The notes under the pieces are model-generated. The model was not told the DNA's origin. It saw only the letters and a program-made list of their open reading frames with translations, and made no database searches. This document shows, piece by piece, positions 53,163-64,000 of a stretch of 64,000 bases of DNA. The DNA lies in NCBI RefSeq assembly GCF_006345805.1, contig NC_043002.1, positions 46,500,001 to 46,564,000 of the forward strand, given 5' to 3'. The first letter of the stretch is position 1, and each line of letters opens with the position of its first letter. The stretch comes from Octopus sinensis (taxonomy: Eukaryota). The translations under genes were made by a program, and so were the position numbers.

Positions 53163-54568
53163 TGTGTGTATATAGGTATGTGTATATGTGTGTGTGTGTA
53201 TATATATATATATGTATATAGTATGTTTATACATGTGTGTGCTACATATCGAATGGTTAAGAAATTCGCGTCGAAATCTCGAAGTCTTGGATTTATTTCC
53301 CTCTTCGTGGCATCTTCAGAAAAATGCTTTTTACCTTAGCCACGATTTTTATCAAATGTGAATGAAATTGTTTACATAAAATTGGTTACATCGGACGACT
53401 GTACCAGCAATTTAAAGGTTCAACCTGGTCACAATGTGTCTCACTGATTCCACTTGCGAATGTCGTTAACGGTACGCGTGTTTGTAGAGAGGCCAGTGAG
53501 CAAGGAAGCCAGTTGATCGAACACCTAAATACTCATAGTTGAAACCGAAGGGAACCTATGTCACCGACAGGTTTAACTGAACGTTTTTATTTCTATTCCT
53601 TCGTCTCTTTAGTTCAGTAATCACATTTTTATCCTTCAGTTTCCTTCTTCTCATCCCAGTTTTTTTTTTAACTTCATCTCACCACACCTTCCTCCTCCTT
53701 TAATTTCTCTTCCCCTCGCTAAGTTTCACTTTCTTAGTATTTCCTACCTACACCTGTAGCTCACAGTGTCTTCCGTTCTTCAGGATATAAAATTCAGCTG
53801 TCTTTTATTTCCTTTTCATCAACTTTACTCAGATGACATTGTTCGAAACGTCGGATATTCCTTTACCCTCGGTAATTTCACCGTGTTCTTTTTATTCATT
53901 TTAATATACTTGACTCTTATATGTGAATTTCAGCTAAAGTAATTATTGTTTCTTGGTGTGAGGAAGATGAGGATTTCTTAAATATCGTCTCCTATACTGA
54001 AAATTGCAAGTTTATTTTTGAAAGCTATAGTACTTATTTTAAAATTAGTGAGCCTTAAGACAAGTCAGGTATTTATTTTCTTTCCTTTTAGTATCTCTAT
54101 TTGTACCTTGAGTATGTGTACATATGTATGTATGCATAGCGACCTCGTCTTCATCTCTCCGTTCAACTGTATGTTGTCTTTTTAAGAGTGTCAAAGGGCA
54201 TCCAGGTTTGTTCATGTAACAGAAAAAAAGAACACACATACTTGTGTGTGTGGATATATATATATATATATATATATGATGGACTCTCCTATCGGTTTCA
54301 ACGTATGAGGATGCGACAGCCTACACTTTCTTTGTCAGTCATAATGCTTATGTCGATGTGACATTTTGTGTTCCGGTAACGATTTGCAAAGAAGCCCGCA
54401 GATGTTGCAAGTTTGAAGATTACGGGTCAGTGCAGGCAATATATTTGCAGCCGTTTTCTCCTTTGGCTTGTACCACTTAGTCTGTTAATGCCGATTGAAA
54501 CAAAATCTCTCATATATCGTTTTGACATGAAGATCTCCATATTTTTTCGCTCCAAGGCTGTTTGCTCA

Positions 54569-55802
54569 AAGGTGGTGTGAGCTATATACACTGCTGAGAG
54601 ATTACTCTTCAGTTTATCCTTATATCTGAGCCATGATCGACCTTATATATCCTTATATTTGAGCCATGATCCTTGTGGCCACTATCAAGCTGGCTGTACC
54701 AAATGTATTGTGGATTCGAATCTAACAAACATGTCGCTTCTTCCAGATATTTTCGTTGGGACATCAGTTGAAAAGCACTGCACAAAGTTACTCGACCTAC
54801 TAGAAACAGCAGTCAAATCTCTTAAATTACTTCATTATAGCTTTAAAAAGTATACATTGGGTATTCTTTTACTTGTTTCAGTAATTTTGACTGTGGCCAT
54901 GCTGGAGCACCGGCTTTTAGTCGAAGAAATCGCTCCCTAGACTTATACTGGTACTTATTCTAACGGTTTCTTTCACCGAACCACTAAGTTACAGGAACGT
55001 AAATACACCAACATCGGTTGTCAAGCGATGGTGGGGGTGGGGACAAACACAAACACAAGCACGAAGCTATATTAGAAGGCATGTGGTTAGGAAGCAAGCT
55101 TCTTATCAGACAGCCACGCCTGCGCTATAAATAGTAAATTTATTAATGATGACTAGCAAAATATATTTTTTTTACGTTAAACGTAGAATATTTTCTCTCG
55201 TTATACTTAACTAGCTGATTACGCGCCGTCAGTAATGACAGCTAATTGTAGTATATATAAATAAGGTACATAATCACACATACAAACATTCACATACTTC
55301 CCTTGTACATGCACACATACTCACACAGAGTTCAAACGCTGATTTTTTCACTCCTTCCTTCAATATTCATCTATCATCTCTTCCTTTCTCTCATTGCTGT
55401 TACTTTCTCTCACTGCCTCTCAGTCAGGGCTATTACTCTCACTACTTCTCCTTCACGGAATTACTATTTTCTCTCCTCCTCCAGGTCCGGCGTGATTCTG
55501 GATAAATACATACATACATACATACATACATACATACATACTACATACATACATATATAAACACTACGCTCATTATTATATTAGGAGATTCTGTAAAAAC
55601 TTGAGTTAATTGCACTTGTGTTATATAGATAGAACAGTAGACTTTATGGAAGTTGCCCAAACAGTCTAGATTCGAACCCATAATACATTTGGAACAGCCA
55701 GCTTGATATTGGCCACAAGAATTTTGGTCGATCATGGCTCAAATATAAGTGATAAGCTGAAGAGTAATCTCTCAGCAGTGTATATAGCTCACAGCACCTT
55801 TA
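54569..55802. mobile_element. Long-TIR repeat element with nested OR SINE
   Basis: Arms of about 140-155 bp at 54569-54724 and 55667-55802 are inverted copies; SINE at about 54865-55130; interior homologous to 61830-62140. Confidence 0.6.
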
Positions 55803-56416
55803 AGCAAACATACTGATAAAATCCTAGCTACACTCAGCAGAAAATTTAGCTCATATGGTAGACCACAGGTTACAGAAATGCCTATTCTATTGCAAATGAC
55901 AGAGAAAGCGGTACAGGAAGGCTAGAATTTTAGAGCAGCCTTGATATCCTGACCGTCTCACATGACGCTTCTCCGCGTGAAAAGGCTCCAAATTATGCAA
56001 GACCAACAAGACACTTACAGCGAAGTACAGATGGAAACCCAGGAATAATATATCAAAAACAGTACTTTACACAAATACATATACATAACGTAGAAGAGCA
56101 TGTCTTCTCTCATGAATCGTCGAAGAGCGAAATGGTCCGTCAAGAGACATCCCTTCTAGTTTTACTGAACATCCATAGAATAGAACGTGTTTACATTCTT
56201 ATTTAAACCACAATGAGGTTCTCTTTTATTTAAATTTATTTCAGTTCTGATTTACGCCGTGTTGTGCACAATTGTTGCTTAATCAATGATGAGCCATCAC
56301 AAGCAAATATCCAAATTAGGCTCCCCACTAATATTCTAACATAATTTAAAACTACTTTATATAGGTAATCAAGGGACTACACGACTATCTATATGCACAC
56401 ACACATCTATGTATGC

Positions 56417-56447
<31 letters not shown>

Positions 56448-56502
56448 TGTATGTATGTATGTATGTATGTATGTATGTGTGTGTGCGCATGTATGTACGT
56501 GC

Positions 56503-57056
56503 CTGGGACGCGAAATTTTTTCCCACGAGAGTTCCGGACCCCAGTTATGAACTCATTTGCATACAACCAATCAAAGCTCAGTTATCAAACTAACTTATGA
56601 GCGCATATCGGGTGATGGGCGATAAGGTCAGTTGGGTAAGGAATGAACCATGCTTCTTTTCCCTTTTAAGAATGCTTGTTCTTGTTTTTGTTTCAACCAT
56701 GGCTGCCTCTGCGTAGTTATTTGCGTTGTTGTTTACTTTGTAAAACAGTAAGGGGAGAGGATTGCTAACACATCACCCTCTACCCACATTTTCCCCATCC
56801 ACATCCTTACCATATGGGGCTCTAACAAAATCCGATAATAGGTATTGAATCAAATCTATCTAATTACTTGTCTTCTAAAATCAGGCATAACTTGGCGATC
56901 GGTCGACTTACAAAACCGTTCTTCGTCTTGAGTTTACTTGGTAGAGTGTGTTTGTTAACTTGAAAAGGTCAATGTGAGCTCTGATTGGCTATATATGCAA
57001 ATGAGTTCATTACTGGGGTCCGGAAATCTCGTGGGAAAAAAATTGCGCTCGGGACC
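56503..57056. mobile_element. MITE-like element with about 80-bp terminal inverted repeats
   Basis: Arms 56503-56581 and 56975-57056 share ttttttcccacgaga.ttccggaccccagt.atgaactcatttgcata...ccaatca.agctca. Confidence 0.7.
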
Positions 57057-58099
57057 TTGCGGTTAGCATGAGATTGATAGAATAAATACCAGGCTCAAAA
57101 ATAAAATAAGTACTGACGTCGATTCGTTCGACTAAAAATTCTTCAAGGTGGTGCCCCAGCATGGCCTCAGTCCAATGACTGAAACAAGCAAATAAAAGGT
57201 GTGAGACCGGCTGTGCAGATTCTCGTCGTAGGCACTCTTTCTCCCTCTCCTTTAACATACACACACGCACGCACTAAAAATACCCGTAATATTTTGGCGG
57301 GATATGTCTGTCAGTAGCAAACTTCTACTTTTAATATTGCGGGCTGACAAGTTACAACTCCCTGTTATTTAGTTTAAATTTCGAGTAATGACCAACAACC
57401 TGTCCCAGTTATAACTCGTTAATTCTAAGCTATGAAATTTTTTATAAAAAGGAAAAAGCTCAGTGAATATTTATTCATTATAAAACATATAATAATAATA
57501 GTGCACATCCGGGGTAAAAATTTCCCAGATTCTGTATACTCATTTATTCATTCATACATACCGACACAGACACACACGCATGAAAACACTTTCCTTTCTC
57601 ACTTCCCCAGCACACAAACGCATTGTGCAAGATGCACTCCAGGTATATTGATTAATTAAAATGAAGTTAAATGATATTTCTAAATTACATGATATTTTAC
57701 AATGAAAATACATTTTATATTTTTATGTGAAGAAAGTAACGGGAACCCACTGTCTATTCTTCTTTGGTAATCCTGTAGTCTGCAACTAGATGTTGATTCC
57801 GATACTATAAATGATATTGATTACTTCTTTTGAAAAGAGAGAGAGAGAGAGAGAGGGAGCGATTGGATAAATCGTTAGGTTAAGAGACAAGATGAGAAAG
57901 GCGGTGATTCGTAACCACTTACAATCATTACGTTGTGTCTTTAATCCAGATCCTCTTTTATCTATGGTCTGGTTCATTTAGCTCTAAATAAGAACTGTGG
58001 TTATTGGTATGTAGCTATTTTAGTCCCAGCTCATCCGTGAACGAGTATACCTTTGTTTAAAGGCGTTCTAGCCGTGGTCATACCGTCTTTTTATTTTTT

Positions 58100-59315
58100 T
58101 AGACCAGTCAATCCAAGATTATATCATAAAAAATCCATTTGATTAATTTTTTAAAAATGATAATAGGATGTAATATCAGGGATATTTTGCTGTTATTCTC
58201 TGACGTAAAGCACAGGCATAGCTGTGTGGATAAGAAGCTCGCTTTGCAACTGCCTGGTTTCCAGTTCACACCCTCAGCGTGCACCCTGGGAATGTGTCTT
58301 TTACAGTAGCCCAGGCCGATCAACGCCTTGTGAATGAACATAGTAGACGGAAACTGTGTGGAAGTTCGTCACTTGTGCGTATGTGTGTGTGTGTGTGTGT
58401 GGTGTGTGCACGCGTGTATGTGTCACCTCCACCACCATTACCGCTCGACAACCGGTGTTGATTTGTTACGTCTTTGTAACTTAGCGGTTCCACAAAAGGG
58501 CCGACAGAATAAGTACCACAATTAGGAAAAAATACAAGTTCTAACCCAATTTGTTCAATTAAACTATTCAAGGCGATACTCTTGCTTGTTCGCAGTCCAA
58601 TGACTGAAACCAATATAGAAGATAAAAAGGATAAAAGATAGCCTCGTAGGAGTTTCCATTCGACACTACTAATTTTGCTCGTCACCATAGGGTCCGAAAG
58701 CTATTTGGTAAGGCGGAACAAAATTGCTTTTCAGATCCATTACTTTAAAAAGTAGTTTGTTTGTTTTTTTTCAGTCGATGTGACTAAACCACACTCTTTT
58801 ATAGCCTGGTTGTCACGTTTAAGCTGTAAAGATTGGAGACAATCTTTCATGAAGCTGAAAGAAGTCTCCATGTGAATCAAAAGAGCTTTAAATCATTCTA
58901 GTGGTATTTCACTCTCATTTTTTAAAAATGATTTAGTCAGAGGAGGAAGGGTACATACTGCTCGTGACTTTTTTTTAGGGTATATGAAACTAGTGAGAGG
59001 GAGAGAGAAAGATGCAAATAATCGGGCTCCCTAGCCCGGATATTTTAGACTAGTCAATCCAAGATTATATTTTTAAAAATGTCCATTTTATTTGTTTTTC
59101 GTATGACAATAGGGGACGATATCAGGGTAATTTTATTATTATTCTCTGACGTAAGGCGCAGGCATAGCTGTGTGGTTAAGAAGCTCGCGTTGCAGTTACG
59201 TGGCTTCGAGTTCAGTCTCACTGTGCGCACTTTGGGCATATGTCTTCTACTGTAGTCCGGGCCAACCACGCCATGTGAGCGAATTTGGTAGACGGAAACT
59301 GTGTGGAAGCAGGTC

Positions 59316-59363
<48 letters not shown>

Positions 59364-60271
59364 ACGCGTGTATGTGTCACCTCCACCACCATTACCGCTC
59401 GACAACCGGTGTTGATTTGTTAACGTCTTTGTAACTTAGCGGTTCCACAAAAGGGCCGACAGAATAAGTACCACAATTAGGAAAAAATACAAGTTCTAAC
59501 CCAATTTGTTCAATTAAACTATTCAAGGCGATACTCTTGCTTGTTCGCAGTCCAATGACTGAAACCAATATAGAAGATAAAAAGGATAAAAGATAGCCTC
59601 GTAGGAGTTTCCATTCGACACTACTAATTTTGCTCGTCACCATAGGGTCCGAAAGCTATTTGGTAAGGCGGAACAAAATTGCTTTTCAGATCCATTACTT
59701 TAAAAAGTAGTTTGTTTGTTTGTTTTTCAGTCGATGTGACTAAACCACACTCTTTTATAGCCTGGTTGTCACGTTTAAGCTGTAAAGATTGGAGACAATC
59801 TTTCATGAAGCTGAAAGAAGTCTCCATGTGAATCAAAAGAGCTTTAAATCATTCTAGTGGTATTTCACTCTCATTTTTTAAAAATGATTTAGTCAGAGGA
59901 GGAAGGGTACATACTGCTCGTGACTTTTTTTTAGGGTATATGAAACTAGTGAGAGGGAGAGAGAAAGATGCAAATAATCGGGCTCCCTAGCCCGGATATT
60001 TTAGACTAGTCAATCCAAGATTATATTTTTAAAAATGTCCATTTTATTTGTTTTTCGTATGACAATAGGGGACGATATCAGGGTAATTTTATTATTATTC
60101 TCTGACGTAAGGCGCAGGCATAGCTGTGTGGTTAAGAAGCTCGCGTTGCAGTTACGTGGCTTCGAGTTCAGTCTCACTGTGCGCACTTTGGGCATATGTC
60201 TTCTACTGTAGTCCGGGCCAACCACGCCATGTGAGCGAATTTGGTAGACGGAAACTGTGTGGAAGCAGGTC

Positions 60272-60315
<44 letters not shown>
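58100..60315 (+). repeat. Tandem duplication of a SINE-containing unit (period about 950 bp, 2.3 copies)
   Basis: 58403-59350 recurs at 59357-60313 with offset 954-956; 58108-58400 is an older, diverged copy of 59054-59350. Confidence 0.9.
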
Positions 60316-60318
<3 letters not shown>

Positions 60319-61184
60319 TCCATGCATCATATATGATACACATTCTACAATCTTTTAAACACCAGGGTAACTTGGAACTTATAAAAGGAAAGCTTTATAT
60401 TATTCCGAACGTACGGAAAAAAAGTTAACTAAATCTGAAAACATGCATGGACGTTTAGGACAAAATTATGGAAATGCTTTGGATAAGCAAAGGGTTAAAG
60501 GCACTTAGAAAGTGCCAGTGACTATTCACCACTATATGAACATCAGTTCTTCAGAGGTGACGTGTTAGACATAGCCACGAATTCTTCCTCAAATCAGTCT
60601 TTACTGCCTTTAAAAAAAGGTGGTGGTGGTGGAGTTATGGACGAAAAACCTTCGATCGCCAGCTTGTTTATTAAAATCTGGCCTAGGGCGAAAAAAGTAG
60701 AGAACATAATCGACTGAATCTATCATTTCAATAATATATACATACACACGAACAGATTACATCAAGCCATACATACATGTGTTAAACAAAAATGAGCCAA
60801 GCAAAGTATTTTAGAGTGGCCAGTAGTATGTATATGAACAGGTATATCAGATACCATACGATATGAATTCTTGATTTATTAAAATTATTTCCTCTTCTAG
60901 AGGATGTCATAATTTACCAAATGGCAATTGAGAGCAGCTCCATATGAGGAAGGGAGATAATCTAAAGAATAAAAAAATCATGCGATTAAGGGAAAGGACA
61001 GGCTTATTGTTTGGGAATTAGGGGACAGTCGTACACACGTTTTTCTGCCTCAATAGGCGTCATCAGCACGGCAATTGTCAAATTTTATTTCCAGTAACCT
61101 AGAGACATAGACATAGGCATACACAAAACGACAGAACACATTTTTGGCCTAGGTACATCGCGGTCACTGAATTGTTAGTTTCAG

Positions 61185-61412
61185 TTAACCCTTTGCCTGT
61201 CCTGTTTATCACATGATGCACAGGACATATTTCCCTGGGGGTCATGCATCATGATACGTATTCCTACTTTTTAACGACCAGGGTAACTTGGGGACTTATG
61301 TAAGGAAAGCATTATATTACTAAGAACGTTATGGCACAAGGTCTAATTAAATCTGAAAACAAGCACAGACATTCATGACAAACTTATGAAAAATGTTTTT
61401 CACAGGCAAAAG
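61185..61412 (+). mobile_element. piggyBac-like MITE (related partial copy 60315-60498)
   Basis: TTAA|ccctttgcctgt...acaggcaaaag; the sister copy ends agcaaaggg|ttaa; interiors are alignable. Confidence 0.55.
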
Positions 61413-62591
61413 TTTTTCGTTCAGTCTATGACATATGCACGATTCCCATAATATTTGTATTTAAAATATAAACACTTCCCTCTGGTGTTTTTCTCTCAGC
61501 CATGTTGTAATACTGTAAACGTCATTTCATAAACTACAGTTATCAACTCTTCGTATAGTTCTATGTTTCACTGAAGTAAAATTTTATATTTCTTCTTATA
61601 CGTACAGGAACTTATAAACATTAATTCTAGTGTCTGTTGATCATCTTGATTAAAAAAACCCCAATGATGCGCTGTACATATTTTCTTCGTGACTGTTTTC
61701 GAAAACTACTTCGATGTATCCTAAGTTATATATTTTCTATCGGTGACATTCCTAAATAGTTCTCTTAGAAGTTTGTTTTCATTTTATTTATGTTCCTCAG
61801 GGCTTTATATCTATTGTAGAGAAATTTATCAATGTTCCAAAGGTATTATGGGTTCGAATTCTAAATCTAGTAAATCTGTCGCTTCTTCCAAACATTTTCG
61901 TTGGTACATCAGTTGAAAAACACTGCGCAATCAAACGAGTCCTTTACGCAGTTGCTAGACCTACTAGAAACAGGAGCTAAATCTCTTAAATAATAATAAT
62001 AATGAATTATAAAAAGTATACACTGGGTAACGGTCAATTTCTTAATGACTAGTAAAATATTTTTTTAACGTTAAGCGTAAAATATTTTCTCTCATTATAC
62101 TTAATACTAGGATCCTAATTCTGTAGAAACTTGAGTTAATCGCAATTATAGTGTTATAAAATTTGTATGAGTATTCATGTTTAGTTTTAGTACTGAGTTA
62201 TCTAAACCAGTCACACAAATGTGACTGATGAACACGTTTCCATAGAATTTCTTTTGAAATGGTTCAAGTTCTTTGCGTTATGGAGTGAAAAAAATGCGTC
62301 TTTACTAAGTTTGATGTGAAAAAAAAAATCCTGTTTAATTATTTCTAAAATTTAAAAGTTTAAAAATTTAAAAGTATTTACGCTCTAATAGGGCATCGCG
62401 TCAAAAAGTTAAAATAACGATTTCCTATCAAGCGCAGGGAAGCGTATGTAGAGTGTAATCCAGGATACACTAAGACTGAAAAGCAAGTCTATATGGCCAT
62501 GGCTGAAAAGCTTTTGATCAATAGGTCTGCTTGTTCAGAGGTGACCGGGGGCGAAACAACAACTGCGAAAAAGTTTCGTCTCTTTCCTCAG

Positions 62592-62605
62592 TTAAGCTAT
62601 ACGGA
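62592..62605 (+). CDS. Candidate 14-nt microexon TTAAGCTATACGGA (LSYT+GA)
   Basis: Strong acceptor tttcgtctctttcctcag and donor gtgagt; phase 0 to 2 joins 63725 in frame. Confidence 0.5.
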
Positions 62606-63724
62606 GTGAGTATTGTCGTTGAAAACATTAAACGTGTACAGGAATCTTTGTATTCTTAAATCTATGTTTTCGTCCAGAAATTAACGATCGACAACATTTC
62701 GAGAATTGTTAGCTTTTTGTCTATTTTTCTCTCTCCACTTTTCCTCTTCTGTCGTTCGTTCTGTTGCCTTTTACTTCCTGACGTCCAACTTTAATAACCA
62801 GCAACTCGCTCGCACACACGGACACAAATAATCACAAACACAAATAATATCACACACACAAACACACACAGATTTCGTTTTCTACTTGTTTAGCGAGTGA
62901 CTGCTGTACTGTGTTAAATACATATATTTAAAAAGTTACTGGAGCACACACGCACACCCATCTATCGTACTGGGAAAAAAATCTTGCTTAATGAAAAAAT
63001 ATCCAGACTCTCAGAACTGGTCACGCGCTTGTCATATATAAAAAAATAAATAAATTAAAAACAGGAAAAAAAAAAACAAGGAAACCTCTTCATGTTAGAG
63101 GATTGGATTTCGTAGATATAGTTTAGTACACAAGGGCATAGCATTTATATTAAACGAAAGGGACTTTACATCTCTCTGGTTATACCTTCTCTTGGATTTG
63201 TAATAAGTTCGAACTAAACAAATCCTGATCAACGGCATTCCGGCCTTGACCAGTCTGTCTATTTGTATATTGCGGACTACGTTATATGATGTGTCTAGCC
63301 TTCCTATTTTAAGATAGTATGGTGTTTATGGAAAAAAATTTGGCTGTTAGTTCTAGCATGTCCACTGACCGTATAGATGCTCTGTTGTTAGTCCCCGACT
63401 GAGCTGGACCATGGAAAGCTATGTGTATTGACAGTGGGTGGAATCAACGTAATGCTGGTGATCAGGGCAGGAATAACTATCGACTAATATGCAGATTTTT
63501 CAACCATATACTTTTACTGGTTCCAGTTATTGGACAGTGGCCATGCCAAAAGCATTGCTTGCAAAAGGAAAGTGGGGTGGAATTTGATCAGCGATATCGG
63601 TCAAAGTACAGACAACGGCAGAAAAACCTCCCGTATTTTACACATCCTTTAATGTGATGCTAATGAAGTTAGGCAGATGGTAATAGTATATACATGTAGC
63701 TAATGGTTTACTGTTTTTGTTCAG

Positions 63725-63797
63725 TTATCATTATGGTTTAGGACTGGTGTACATCGTTGTGTTTGCTATTAAAACATTAATCAAGGATGGTGAAATC
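63725..63797 (+). CDS. Candidate 73-nt exon (phase 2 to 0; YHYGLGLVYIVVFAIKTLIKDGEI)
   Basis: Branch-like CTAAT (63700-63704), acceptor ttactgtttttgttcag, donor ATC|gtgagt; only one frame is open. Confidence 0.55.
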
Positions 63798-64000
63798 GTG
63801 AGTTTTTTTTTTTTTACCACATCCTGAATATTTCAATTGGGTTGCAAATTTTATCTTAGAATAATTTGACACAATACGAATATCGATAACCCGTACTGTG
63901 TCAAACACAGGCACACATACACCAGCAAATGTACATTTTGTATTAAAAAAAAACCTTGTCAATCCATTGCGACTATAAGTTTCAAAATGCTTGATTTAAA

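Noticed and set aside
53826-53856. Second hammerhead-like motif (cagatga...cgaaacg)
   Set aside because: The core deviates from CUGANGA and stem II does not pair; at most a Penelope-like remnant.
1075-60428. Most ORFs in the six-frame track (YIYI, CVCV, HTHT, MYVC-rich and SINE-derived ORFs)
   Set aside because: They are translations of (TA)n, (CA)n and (CATA)n microsatellites or of SINE bodies, not genes.

Overview
This is AT-rich eukaryotic genomic DNA, not prokaryotic. It is almost certainly from an octopus (coleoid cephalopod), inferred from dense tRNA-derived SINE families resembling the octopus OR (CORE-type) and OK SINEs, plus (TA)n/(CA)n/(CATA)n microsatellites. There are no operons, CRISPR arrays, rRNA or intact tRNA genes, and most ORFs in the supplied track are microsatellite or SINE artefacts. 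The only unambiguous protein-coding material is decayed non-LTR retrotransposon: a 5'-truncated CR1-clade LINE (APE end plus RT, about 48.85-51.14 kb, minus strand), a CR1-group 3' fragment (25.2-25.7 kb), a HERO-like RLE 3' end (52.7-53.1 kb) and an R4/Dong-like RLE 3' end (32.5-32.7 kb). Between the repeats I find a scattered series of short plus-strand exon candidates with strong splice signals, including 11-, 12- and 14-nt microexons. Some join in compatible phase into open peptides, suggesting one or two large, intron-rich host genes that I cannot name. A sharp CpG-decay boundary at about 18.8 kb splits the window into a probably methylated left part and an unmethylated right part. Other notable structures are a MITE-like element whose inverted ends carry an octamer plus CCAAT module, a fold-back element around degenerate telomeric repeats, a 55-bp hairpin next to a microexon, and a near-identical 956-bp tandem duplication. 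All exon calls come from reading splice signals by eye and need RNA-seq confirmation. I found no confirmed novel biological system.
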